Assembly (NCBI GenBank): GCA_965247095.1
Contig: OZ251997.1
Location: forward strand, 2,016,001 to 2,080,000
Direction of reading: 5' to 3'
Source of the DNA: Candidatus Multivorans sp.
GTDB lineage: Bacteria; Acidobacteriota; Thermoanaerobaculia; Multivoradales; Multivoraceae
DNA: 64,000 nt
Shown one piece after another: positions 19,291-28,712 of this stretch. Both the position numbers and the translations under genes were made by a program. Position 1 is the stretch's first letter; the number at the start of each line of letters is the position of its first letter. The notes under the pieces are model-generated. The model saw only the letters and a list, made by a program, of their open reading frames with translations, did not search any database and had not been told where the DNA came from.

Positions 19291-19991
19291 TTGCACTCTT
19301 CTGGGCTTTCGGGCAAGCGGGATCCTGCTACGAAGGGTCGGTTCGATCAAGCCGCGACACGAATTCAGATTCTCGCGTGGCTCTACTGCTGCCAAACACT
19401 CCTGGAGGGGTCTTCAGTGTTGCCGACCGAGTTGCATCTTCCGGGGCGCCGCACATTTCAGCTCCAGGACATTCACGTCGGCGCAGCCAAGACGTTTGGT
19501 GTCCAGCTTGCATGGAACAAGCCATGTTTCCTGTGCGTCAGCGCGGCGCGGACGCCGCGACTCGACTTGCATGGAACAAGCCATGTTTCCTGTGCGTCAG
19601 CGCGGCGCGGACGCCGCGACTCGACTCCTATCGGTGATGGCGATGGAGTTGGCATTGAAACTAGGAATCGAGCAAGAGAAGGGAACCCCCTGCTCCAAGC
19701 GGACGCGACGCCCACGATCTACTGAAGCTGGCCAAGAGCTTGCCAACAGACCGTCTCAAGAAGATGGACGAGTACTTCAGGGAGTACTTGGTCGAACAGG
19801 GGCGAAACCACCAGGGGATCATGGATGTCATCAAGAGAGAACGAAACGCGTTTGTCCATTGGCGATACGTTGCGGAGCTGACTCCGACATGGCAAACGGG
19901 CAGCATCGAGACTGATGCCGTCGTGCTTTACGGCGCGGCGCTGTGTACTGCGATGACGTGTTTTCGGAATCCAGCCGGTAGTAAGTCGTAG
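19290..19991 (+). pseudogene. HEPN-domain protein, interrupted by a 2x59-bp insertion and a frameshift
   Basis: Reconstructed ...KTFGVQLLSVMAMELALKLGIEQEKG / HDLLKLAKSL...RNAFVHWRYVAE, an ELALK..HDL..WRY HEPN-like pattern; 5' boundary approximate. Confidence 0.6.
19509..19626. mobile_element. two head-to-tail copies of a 59-bp palindromic element (family B)
   Basis: Identical units 19509-19567 and 19568-19626; hairpins CATGG-aacaag-CCATG and CGCGGCG-cgga-CGCCGCG; related copy at 63085-63135. Confidence 0.85.
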
Positions 19992-20091
19992 GCCGACGTA
20001 CCAAGCTGAGCGTGGCTGACGAGATTCCTCGACGACGTCCAGCCTGGCTGGGGCTCGGCGGGTACCGCCGATGCGGGTGTCACCGCCGCAG

Positions 20092-23000
20092 CTACACCGC
20101 CGGCAGCAGCCGGCTGACGCGGTAGCCGTCGGGGTCCTTCTCGAAGCCGCAGGCGTCGAGGGTCGGAGCCCACGAAGATTCGGCGGCCGGTCGGCCGTCG
20201 ATCCGCAGGAGCCGCAGGAACCGCCGCCGACGGCGGCCGGCGAGGTCGCGCAGCGCGGCCCAGGCCTCCTGCGGGGCCGGGTCGCCGCCGAGCGCCGCGA
20301 ACGTCCAGACGCCCTGGCCGCCGGCTTCGAGGTACAGGCACGGCGTGCCGGCGCGCAGCACGAGCCAGGCACGGGGAATGCGCCGGGGACCGGCTCTGCG
20401 CGGGTCGGCTTCCGACCCGAGCTGAGGCCAGGACATCACGGCGCCCCAGGGGTTCGCCGGGTCGACCGCGGGAAGGATCTCGATCGGCCCTCCATGCGCC
20501 GGTGCCCGCCGCTGGCGCCGTAGACGCTCGACAGCAGCCGGAAGAGCGAACTGCCGGCCGGCCAGACCGTGGACGAAGTAGCCGCGGCGGAGGTGGCCGA
20601 CCTCTTCCATCTCGCGCAGTACCGGGTAAATCGCCTCGAACCCGCCCGGGATGCCCTCGGCCCTGGCCGTCTCCGCCGCAACGACGCCGTACCGGTCGAG
20701 CAGCATGGTGGCCGTCGCGTGAGCCCACTGGGTGTGGCCGATCGTTTCGTTCGACACCGCCAGATCGGCGACCAGGGACCAGCGGCCGCCGGCCAGGGTC
20801 GCGGCGCGGCCACGCCGGGCGCCGGATGGTTGGCTGCGGACACCGCCGAAAGGCATGCCGGCCCCCGGTCCGCGGCGCCAACCACGCGGAAGCCCGCGCG
20901 ACCGACGTTCGACCGCGGGACGCCCGCGCTTCCCAAGCGACGCGAGCGGCAGGAAGGTGTCGTTCGTGATCCGCCCCGCCCACACCAGCTCCCAGATCGC
21001 GCCCTCGACCTCCGTCTCACCCCAGTCACCCGCACCGACCACGCCGCGCACGAGGTCGAAGGTGAAGCAGGCGCCGCGCGTCTCCAGTCGCGAAAGGACG
21101 GCCCGGTGCAGCACTCCGGTCCACTGCTCTTCCGGTTCGCGACCGTTCTCGCCGTCGGATTGACCGCCCGCGCCCGGCTCTCGGAGAGCGCGAGCCAGCG
21201 ATCCAACGCGATCCCGCCGGTAGACCGCCACCCTGCCGTCCCGTGCCCCCAACCGGCCGCGACCGACCCAGACGATTTCGCCCGCCGCCGCCAGGCGATC
21301 GAGCATCTCAACCCGGAAGCCGGGCACCCGGGACGGCAGGATGTGGTCGACCAGAGTCCGCCATGACAGCGGCAGCCCTTCGAGCTGGGCGACCGCCTCT
21401 TCGAGTCGACCAAGGGCACGATCCGAAACCGCGGACGTACCTGCCGTCGGCACCCGCGATCGCGACGCCGTCCGGCTCTCCCCGCCGGCCGCTGCGTCAA
21501 CCCCCTGCCAGCGACCGAGAAACCTCGCCAGGGCCGCGCCGTCGACCGGTTCCGCCTCCCGGCGCAGCTTCGCCAGGGTGCGGCGCTTGATCTGCCGCAG
21601 CACCTCCCGGTCGCACCATTCGCCGCCGTCAATCCCGGCCCGGAACTCGCCGCGGACGAGTGAGCCGGCTTCTTCGAGCCCCGCGAGCACCGGTCCGATC
21701 GCACCCTGAGGCAGATCGAAGCGCGCCGCCGCATCGGCGCTCCCAAAAGGGCCCCTGCCGCCCGCGTATCGGCCCACAAGTGCTTCGAGCGGCGCCTCCC
21801 GAGGCGCCAGCAAATCGGCGGGCAGTCCCTCCGGCAGAGGCGCGTCCAGGCCGTCGCGGTAGAGAGCCGCGTCTTCCGTCGCCACCCAGATGCGCTGCCC
21901 GCCAGCGCCCAACTCGACCTCGACCGCACGCTTCTGCCGTTCCAGCTCCGCCAGCCAGTCGCCGGCGTCGCCCGGCCCGCGCTCGTCGACTTCGGCCCGG
22001 GTCAGACCGCCGGTGCGCCGCAGCAGGTCGTAGAGATCGTCTTCGTGGCGCAGCCTCCGGTCCGGCGCCAGCCCCTGCAGCTCATCCTCGACTGTCTGGA
22101 TGACCTCCGGGTCGAGCAGCTCCTTGAGGCTGACCGTGCCGAGCAGCTCGCGCAGCAGCTCCCGGTCGAGCGTGAGCGCCTGCGCGCGCCGCTCCGCCGC
22201 CGGCGCATCGTCGTCGTAGAGGAACCTCTCCTCGTACGCGAAGACCAGGGAGCGGGCGAAGGGCGACGGCGCCGGCGTCTCCACGTCGTCGATCCGGACG
22301 TCCCCGTCCTCGATCCTTCTCATCAGGTCCACGAGGCCGGACAGGTCGAAGAGATCGCTCATGCATTCGCGGTAGGTCTCAAGCAGCACCGGGAAGTCCG
22401 GGTAGCGGCGGACGACGGAGAGCAGGTTCTTCGAGCGCTGCCGCTGCTGCCACAGCGGCGTGCGCTTACCCGGCCGGTTGCGCGGCAGGAGCAGGGCGCG
22501 GGCGGCGTTCTCGCGGAAACGGCTCGCGAACATCGGCGTGGACGCGACCTGTTCGACCACCAGGTCCTCGACCTCACAGGCATCGAGCAGGAACTCGCGC
22601 GCCGGGGGCAGATCACCCGCGTCGGCGAAGCGGAGCGCGATGCCATCGTCCGTCCACAGGGTCTGGACCTGAAAACCGTAGCGCTCGCCGATCCGCCGCT
22701 CCAGCGCCATCGCCCATGGTGCGTGGATACGGGCGCCGAAGGGCGTCAGGATGCAGACCCTCCAATCGCCGATCTCGTCCCGGAACCGCTCGATCGTCAC
22801 CGCCCGGTCGGTTGGCAGGGTGCCGGTCTGATCCCGCTGCTCCTCGACGTAGGCGCAGAGGTTCGCGGCGGCGTAGGGGTCGAGCGGCGCCTCCCCGGCC
22901 AGCCAGCGGCGAGCGTCCTCTCCCTCCCGGCGGCCGAGTTCGCGCAGGAACGCACCCAACGCCTGGCCCAGTTCCACCGGCCGGCCCGGACCGTCGCCGT

Positions 23001-24825
23001 GCCAGAAGGGCATCCGACCCGGTTCGCCGGGAGCGGGCCGCACGATGACCCGGTCGCGGGTGATCTCGGTCACCCGCCAGGCCGAGGCGCCGAGCAGGAA
23101 GGTGTCCCCGGCACGGGACTCGTAGACCATCTCCTCGTCCAGCTCGCCGAGTCGCGGTCCGTCGGGCCCGAGGTGGACGGTGAACATGCCGCGGTCGGGA
23201 ATCGTGCCGGCGTTCATCCGCACGAGCAGGGCGGCCCCGCGCCGGGCCGTCAACACGCCGCGTCCGCGGTCCCATGACAGGCGCGGCCGCAGGTCGGCGA
23301 ACTCCTCCGAGGGATAGCGGCCGACCAGCATGTCGAGCACCGCGGTGAGCACGCCGCGGGTGAGGCCGCGGTACGGGCGAGCCCGCCGCGCCACGGCGAG
23401 GAGATCGTCGACGCTCCGCTCCCGGTCGCAGCACATCGCCACGACCTGCTGCGCCAGCACGTCGAGCGGGTTCTCGGGCATCCGCATCGACTCGATCGCG
23501 CCGCGCTGCATCTGGATCGCGGTCACGGTGCACTCCAGCAGGTCGCCGCGGAACTTGGGGAAGATCAGGCCGCGGCTGCGCTCGCCGACCGCGTGACCGG
23601 CGCGGCCCACGCGCTGGAGGCCGCGCGCGGTCGAGCCGGGCGCCTCGACCAGCAGCACCAGGTCGACCGCGCCCATGTCGATCCCCAGCTCGAGTGAGCT
23701 CGTGGCGACGATGCAGCGCAGGCGACCGGCCTTGAGCGCCCCTTCGATCTCCCGCCGCTGGTCGTGGGAGATGCTGCCGTGGTGTGCGCGGGCCAGCGGT
23801 GCCATCCCCGCGCCCGATGACGGGCGCAGGGACTGGTTCGCGGTTGACGCGGGGACGCGCCAACCGGGTGCCGGGCCATTGGCCGCTTCGCCGGAGTCGT
23901 CGGCGCCGGCGTCGTCACCTGGTCGGTCGTCCAGGGCCGCCAGGTCGTTCAACCGCTGCGCGAGCCGCTCGCAGAGGGAGCGGCTGTTGACGAACACGAT
24001 CGTCGACCGGTGGCGCCTGACCGCATCCAGGATCCGCGGAAAGACCGACGGCCATAAGCCGGACGTCTCAAACCCGGGCGGCGCCTCCATGTCCGGCACC
24101 GGCACCACCACCTGCAGGTCGATGTTCGGCGGCGCCGATGCGTCCACGACCTCCACCGGCCGGTCGCCGCCGAGGAACTCAGCGGCCAGGTCCATCGGCC
24201 GCACGGTGGCCGACAGGCCGATCCGCTGCGGTCCCTCCCCGCCCGTCAGCTCGGCCAACCGCTCGAGCGACAGGGCCAGGTGAGCGCCGCGTTTGGTCGC
24301 CACCATGGTGTGGACCTCGTCGACGATCACGGTCTCGACCGTGCGCAGGTTCGCGGCCGCCTGCGACGCGAGGATGAGGAACAGCGACTCCGGAGTCGTG
24401 ACCAGGATCTCGCCGGGACGCCGCAGTTGACGGCGGCGCTCCTGGGGCGTCGTGTCGCCGGTCCGCACGTCGACGGTCACCGGCCGTACCGGAACGCCTG
24501 ATTTGCGGGCGCTGCGGCGCACGCCGACCAGCGGCGCCTCCAGGTTCCGGTCGATGTCGTAGACAAGGGCCTTCAGCGGCGAGACGTAGAGGACGCGGAC
24601 GCCCGGCTCACGGGTGACGCCCTCTTCACACTCCTGCGGCTGCTCGAAGCTCAGGCGGTCGATCGCCCACAGGAAGGCGGCAAGCGTCTTGCCGTTCCCG
24701 GTCGGCGCCACCAGCAGCGCATTCCGGCCGCGGGTCAGCACCGGCCAGCCGAGTTCCTGCACCCGGGTCGGGCCGGGGAACGAGTCCGCGAACCACCTGC
24801 GCACCGGCTGGGAGAACGAGTCCAT
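20092..24825 (-). CDS. lhr: large ATP-dependent helicase Lhr with C-terminal extension
   Basis: APTGNGKT, YVSPLKAL, TTPESL, DEVH..KRGAHL, GLSAT, HHGS, TSSLELGID, QRVGRAGH, GTIPD, GELDEE, C-terminal RRGYFV.GL...QFA, DPANPWG. Confidence 0.93.
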   Translation of the reverse strand: MDSFSQPVRRWFADSFPGPTRVQELGWPVLTRGRNALLVAPTGNGKTLAAFLWAIDRLSFEQPQECEEGVTREPGVRVLYVSPLKALVYDIDRNLEAPLVGVRRSARKSGVPVRPVTVDVRTGDTTPQERRRQLRRPGEILVTTPESLFLILASQAAANLRTVETVIVDEVHTMVATKRGAHLALSLERLAELTGGEGPQRIGLSATVRPMDLAAEFLGGDRPVEVVDASAPPNIDLQVVVPVPDMEAPPGFETSGLWPSVFPRILDAVRRHRSTIVFVNSRSLCERLAQRLNDLAALDDRPGDDAGADDSGEAANGPAPGWRVPASTANQSLRPSSGAGMAPLARAHHGSISHDQRREIEGALKAGRLRCIVATSSLELGIDMGAVDLVLLVEAPGSTARGLQRVGRAGHAVGERSRGLIFPKFRGDLLECTVTAIQMQRGAIESMRMPENPLDVLAQQVVAMCCDRERSVDDLLAVARRARPYRGLTRGVLTAVLDMLVGRYPSEEFADLRPRLSWDRGRGVLTARRGAALLVRMNAGTIPDRGMFTVHLGPDGPRLGELDEEMVYESRAGDTFLLGASAWRVTEITRDRVIVRPAPGEPGRMPFWHGDGPGRPVELGQALGAFLRELGRREGEDARRWLAGEAPLDPYAAANLCAYVEEQRDQTGTLPTDRAVTIERFRDEIGDWRVCILTPFGARIHAPWAMALERRIGERYGFQVQTLWTDDGIALRFADAGDLPPAREFLLDACEVEDLVVEQVASTPMFASRFRENAARALLLPRNRPGKRTPLWQQRQRSKNLLSVVRRYPDFPVLLETYRECMSDLFDLSGLVDLMRRIEDGDVRIDDVETPAPSPFARSLVFAYEERFLYDDDAPAAERRAQALTLDRELLRELLGTVSLKELLDPEVIQTVEDELQGLAPDRRLRHEDDLYDLLRRTGGLTRAEVDERGPGDAGDWLAELERQKRAVEVELGAGGQRIWVATEDAALYRDGLDAPLPEGLPADLLAPREAPLEALVGRYAGGRGPFGSADAAARFDLPQGAIGPVLAGLEEAGSLVRGEFRAGIDGGEWCDREVLRQIKRRTLAKLRREAEPVDGAALARFLGRWQGVDAAAGGESRTASRSRVPTAGTSAVSDRALGRLEEAVAQLEGLPLSWRTLVDHILPSRVPGFRVEMLDRLAAAGEIVWVGRGRLGARDGRVAVYRRDRVGSLARALREPGAGGQSDGENGREPEEQWTGVLHRAVLSRLETRGACFTFDLVRGVVGAGDWGETEVEGAIWELVWAGRITNDTFLPLASLGKRGRPAVERRSRGLPRGWRRGPGAGMPFGGVRSQPSGARRGRAATLAGGRWSLVADLAVSNETIGHTQWAHATATMLLDRYGVVAAETARAEGIPGGFEAIYPVLREMEEVGHLRRGYFVHGLAGRQFALPAAVERLRRQRRAPAHGGPIEILPAVDPANPWGAVMSWPQLGSEADPRRAGPRRIPRAWLVLRAGTPCLYLEAGGQGVWTFAALGGDPAPQEAWAALRDLAGRRRRRFLRLLRIDGRPAAESSWAPTLDACGFEKDPDGYRVSRLLPAV
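23802..23877 (-). repeat. degenerate family-A composite repeat embedded in frame within lhr
   Basis: CCATCCCCGCGCCCGATGACGGGCGCAGGGACTGGTTCGCGGTTGACGCGGGGACGCGCCAACCGGGTGCCGGGCC aligns with 12771-12847 (about 80% by hand alignment). Confidence 0.8.
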
Positions 24826-24928
24826 GGGGCATCCTACGCACGGCACCGTCCGGGCCCGCCAGATCCTGGCTGTTACTCTCGACGGCCCGTCTGAAGACCC
24901 GAACGAGCGACCGTCGAGACTCCTAGCG

Positions 24929-25240
24929 TTGGCCCACCACGACCACAGGAAGCACGGCAAGACCTGGTGGCTCGACGACAAGCGGAACGTCGCCAAGGTC
25001 TTCTACATCCTGATCGGGGTCGATGCCCTGTGGTTGCTGGCGGACTTCATCCACCACAAGCACTCGGAGTGGAGCACGCTGGAGGGCCGGCTCCACGAGT
25101 TCGACGCCTGGGTCGGCTTCTTCCCGCTCTACGGCTTCGTCGGCGCGTTCCTGCTAGTGCTGGCCGCGAAGCAGATGCGCCGGGTGCTGATGCGCCCCGA
25201 GGACTACTACGAGCGCCGGGGCGGCGGCAAGGACTCCTGA
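24929..25240 (+). CDS. small membrane protein of the type found in Mrp antiporter operons
   Basis: TTG start; two TM helices; GFFPLYGFVG..LLVLAAK.MR.VLMRPEDYY. Confidence 0.7.
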   Translation: MAHHDHRKHGKTWWLDDKRNVAKVFYILIGVDALWLLADFIHHKHSEWSTLEGRLHEFDAWVGFFPLYGFVGAFLLVLAAKQMRRVLMRPEDYYERRGGGKDS

Positions 25241-25246
25241 TCGCCG

Positions 25247-27004
25247 ATGCTCGAGTTCCTGCTGTCACCGCCCCTGTTGCTGATGCTCGGCAGCGTGGCT
25301 CTGGCCGCGGCGCCGCGCTCGGTGATGCCCCAGACAGTTCGGCGGGCCCTGTTGCTGGCGCTGCCGGTCTATTCGCTGTGGCGGTTCTGGGGCCTCGAAC
25401 CCGGCAGCTACGCCCAGTTCGATCTCTTCGGGCAGACCCTGACGCTGATGCGGGTCGACAAGCTGAGCCGCGTCTTCGCAGTCATCTTCCATCTCGCGGC
25501 ATTCATCGGCAGCATCTACTCGCTCTACGTCAAGGACAACTTCCAGCCGCTGGTCGGGGTGTTCTATGCCGGATCGGCCCTTGGCGTGGTCCTCGCCGGC
25601 GACCTCTGGACCCTGTTCCTGTTCTGGGAGGTGGCGGCGGTGTCGTCGGCGCTCCTGGTCTGGGTCCGTCGCGACGGCCGGGCTCTCGCGGCGGGCCTGC
25701 GCTATCTCGGCATGCAGATGGTCTCGGGGGTCCTGCTACTGGCAGGCATCGTCCTGCTGCGCCACGACCTGGGCGCGGCGCCCGGCTGGTCCGAGTTCCG
25801 CAATCTCACGGGCTTGCTCGAGGATGGCGGCATCGGCTTCGCCAACCTGGCGCCGACCCTGATTCTCGTCGCCTTCGGCCTCAAGGCGGCCTTCCCGCTG
25901 CTCCACAGTTGGCTGATCGACGCCTACCCCGAGTCGACGCCGGCCGGGGGCGTGTTCCTCTCGGCCTTCACCACCAAGTTCGCGATCTACGCCCTGGCGC
26001 GCGCGTTTCCGGGCCAGTCCGAGCTGATCTGGATCGGGGCCGTGATGACCGCCTTCCCGATCTTCTTTGCGGTGATCGAGAACGACCTGCGCCGGGTTCT
26101 GGCCTACAGCATGACGAACCAGCTCGGCTTCATGGTCGTCGGCATCGGCATCGGCACCCAGTTGGCGATCAACGGCGCCGTTGCCCACGCGTTCGCCGAC
26201 ATCCTGTTCAAGGGGCTGCTGTTCATGGCCATGGGCGCGGTGCTCTACCGGGTCGGCCACGTGAACGGCTCCGACCTCGGCGGGCTCTACAAGTCGATGC
26301 CGATCACGACCGGTCTGTGCATCATCGGCGCCGCCTCCATCTCGGCCTTCCCGCTGTTCTCCGCCTTCGCCACCAAGTCCCTCATCATGAGCGCCGCGTC
26401 CCACGAGGGGTATCTGGTGCTATGGCTGGTGCTGCTCTTCGCCTCCGCCGGCGTCTTCCACCATGCCGGCATCAAGATCCCGTTCTTCGCCTTCTTCCAC
26501 CACGACGCAGGACACCGCTGCAAGGAGGCGCCGCGGTCCATGCTCGTCGCGATGGTGCTGGCGGCCGTCGGGAGCATGACGATCGGATTGAGACCGAGCC
26601 TCCTCTACGGGCTCCTGCCCTACGCGGTCGACTACGCGCCGTATACCTCGACACACGTCATCACCCAGAGCCAACTCTTGTTCTTCTCGGCCCTCGCCTT
26701 CGCGACGCTCCTGCGTACCGGCCTCTACCCGCCGGAACTACGCTCGGTGAACCTCGACGCCGACTGGTTCTACCGTCGGGTCGGTTACCGCCTCTGGGAG
26801 GGCACGGCCACGGCGTTCGTCGCCCTGCACCGGGCCGGATACTCGGCCGCAGGCCGTCTCGCCGCGACCGCCCTGGCCATGGCGCAACGCCACCTGGGCC
26901 CGCAGGGACTGCTCGGCCGTTCCTGGCTCACCGCTTCGATGACGCTCTGGGTCGCCCTGCTGCTTGCCGCGTACCTCGTCGTCTTCTACTGGCGGCTGGG
27001 CTAG
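25247..27004 (+). CDS. Na+/H+ antiporter subunit D-like (MrpD/NuoL-M-N family)
   Basis: AGDLWTLFLFWE, KAAFPLLHSWLIDAYPEST, SAFTTK, ENDLRRVLAYS, AHAF..ILFKGLLFM. Confidence 0.88.
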   Translation: MLEFLLSPPLLLMLGSVALAAAPRSVMPQTVRRALLLALPVYSLWRFWGLEPGSYAQFDLFGQTLTLMRVDKLSRVFAVIFHLAAFIGSIYSLYVKDNFQPLVGVFYAGSALGVVLAGDLWTLFLFWEVAAVSSALLVWVRRDGRALAAGLRYLGMQMVSGVLLLAGIVLLRHDLGAAPGWSEFRNLTGLLEDGGIGFANLAPTLILVAFGLKAAFPLLHSWLIDAYPESTPAGGVFLSAFTTKFAIYALARAFPGQSELIWIGAVMTAFPIFFAVIENDLRRVLAYSMTNQLGFMVVGIGIGTQLAINGAVAHAFADILFKGLLFMAMGAVLYRVGHVNGSDLGGLYKSMPITTGLCIIGAASISAFPLFSAFATKSLIMSAASHEGYLVLWLVLLFASAGVFHHAGIKIPFFAFFHHDAGHRCKEAPRSMLVAMVLAAVGSMTIGLRPSLLYGLLPYAVDYAPYTSTHVITQSQLLFFSALAFATLLRTGLYPPELRSVNLDADWFYRRVGYRLWEGTATAFVALHRAGYSAAGRLAATALAMAQRHLGPQGLLGRSWLTASMTLWVALLLAAYLVVFYWRLG

Positions 27005-27063
27005 TTTAGGTCGCGTACTCGCCGACGATCCGAGGCCGCTCAGATACGGCCAGGTTCTTCGGC

Positions 27064-28660
27064 AGTCTTTTCCAATAGAGAAATGAGCGTGGAACGGAGG
27101 CGGTAGAGAGGGTTCGCTGGCGGTCAGTTCAGGGGTGGTTTCTGGAAGCGGCAGACGGTTCCGACCGTCTGCCGCCTAACGGTAGCGCGCTTGGCAGGTG
27201 GTAAGGGTGGTCGGCTGGACGGGCGGGTGTTTGGAGTTGGCGGTTGTGGTCGGTGTAGGGCATCGGCTTCGGGGTCGGTTCAGGCGCTCCGGCGGCGGCT
27301 GGGATCGGACTCCCGGGCGATGAGTTCGAAGAGTCTGGCGCGGGCCTGCTTGAGGGCGATCGCGGCGTCGAGGTCGCTCATGGTCCTGGCCTGGGCTTCG
27401 AGAGAGGAGATGGTGACGCCGGGGCGGAGGTGCTGGTCCACGTCGGGCAGGGGCTTCAGCTTCTCGAGCGGGGTCATGGTGTCCTGATAGCGGTAGCGCT
27501 TCCTGACGCGGCGTTTGCCGTCGGCGATCTCGGTGGCGAACAGGCATGGGCGGTGGAAGTTGAGGAAGGGCAAGAGCACGTCGCGGGCGAAGGCGTTGAC
27601 TTCGCGGGCGAAGAGCTTGGGGATGTGTCCGTAGCCGAAGTGGCGTCGGATCACGTTGCCGTTCTTGGATTCGACCAGCGCGTTGTCGTTGCTGTGCCGG
27701 GGGCGGGACTTGGTGAACTCGGGAATGTGGAGCCTGCTCAGCAGTTCGGCCACCTTGTGGTTGATGTACTCGGAGCCGTTGTCGGCGTGAAAGCCCAGGA
27801 CCTTGAAGGGACAGGACGCGATGATCTGTCTCAGCACCGGCACGAGACAACGCTCCGAGATGGCGCGCACCGTCGCCACATGCTCCCATTGCGTGACCTC
27901 GTCCACGACGTTGACGTGGTACACGCCCTTTTCGCCGTCCCGGTCTCCCTGGTGCACCGTGTCGACGCGCAGGAAGCCCGGCCGACCGCGCGGCTGGGGC
28001 TTGCGCCGTTCGCCAATCTTTGCCGCGGTGGCCCGCGTCTTCTGGAACGTCGTGCGTCGGCGCCGGTAGGCGGCGTGTTTGCGCAGATTGTAGAACTGGC
28101 CGTTCGAGATTCCGGCCAGACGCGCGAAGCGGTCGTCGCCGTACTCCTCGAACATCCGCCTCATGACGGCGCGCGTGCTGTGCCCGCAAAGCTGGCCCAG
28201 CGCCGCGTCGACTTCGGCCAGGAGCCCGATGTCGGCCTTCGTGTACCGGCGCTTGAAGGCGTGAGCCGGCGCACCGCGGCGGTCCCGGATGCGGCCGGTC
28301 TCCCGATGCTGCCGGATCAGCCGCGTCACCTGCGACTCGGACTTCCCGGTCATCTTCACCAGGTAGGCCCGGATCACGCCCTTGTCGCACCGCGGAAGCG
28401 ACCGGTAGCGGAACCTGCCAAGAGTCTCGCGCACGAACTCGTACGTCGAGCCGCGATCCGCCAGCACGAAGTCCACCGCCTCGTTGCCCGACAGGAAACT
28501 GCGAATCTCGCCAAGTGTCTGAAGTCGGCGTGTCTGGAGCGTCACGATCATCCTCCGATGATCCCTGACCTCACCCGCTCACGCTCACCTCTCGTTGGAT
28601 TGACGCCACCCGCTCACGCTCACTTCTCGCTGGACAGCGCTGGACAGCAGCTGGACAGCT
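27064..28660 (-). mobile_element. insertion sequence with imperfect terminal inverted repeats and 7-bp target duplication CTTCGGC
   Basis: Left end AGTCTTTTCCAATAGAGAAATGAGCGTG vs right CACGCTCACTTCTCGCTGGACAGCGCT; CTTCGGC at 27057-63 and 28661-67. Confidence 0.75.
27280..28551 (-). CDS. DDE (rve integrase-core) transposase
   Basis: PGFLRVDTVH, VVDEVTQW, GFHADNGSEYIN, FTKSRPRHSNDNALVESKN. Confidence 0.92.
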   Translation of the reverse strand: MIVTLQTRRLQTLGEIRSFLSGNEAVDFVLADRGSTYEFVRETLGRFRYRSLPRCDKGVIRAYLVKMTGKSESQVTRLIRQHRETGRIRDRRGAPAHAFKRRYTKADIGLLAEVDAALGQLCGHSTRAVMRRMFEEYGDDRFARLAGISNGQFYNLRKHAAYRRRRTTFQKTRATAAKIGERRKPQPRGRPGFLRVDTVHQGDRDGEKGVYHVNVVDEVTQWEHVATVRAISERCLVPVLRQIIASCPFKVLGFHADNGSEYINHKVAELLSRLHIPEFTKSRPRHSNDNALVESKNGNVIRRHFGYGHIPKLFAREVNAFARDVLLPFLNFHRPCLFATEIADGKRRVRKRYRYQDTMTPLEKLKPLPDVDQHLRPGVTISSLEAQARTMSDLDAAIALKQARARLFELIARESDPSRRRSA

Positions 28661-28712
28661 CTTCGGCTTGACCACCGGCGCTAGGCACGCTAGCATGACC
28701 CAAAGTCGCAAC

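Noticed and set aside
19509-19626. Mini-CRISPR
   Set aside because: The two units are wholly identical, with no variable spacer
20800-21500. Further repeat-derived inserts in the Lhr C-terminal region
   Set aside because: Low-complexity linkers are present but I could not align them to either repeat family
24915-24927. GACTCCTAG as an empty family-B target or scar
   Set aside because: Too short to distinguish from chance; no adjoining element sequence
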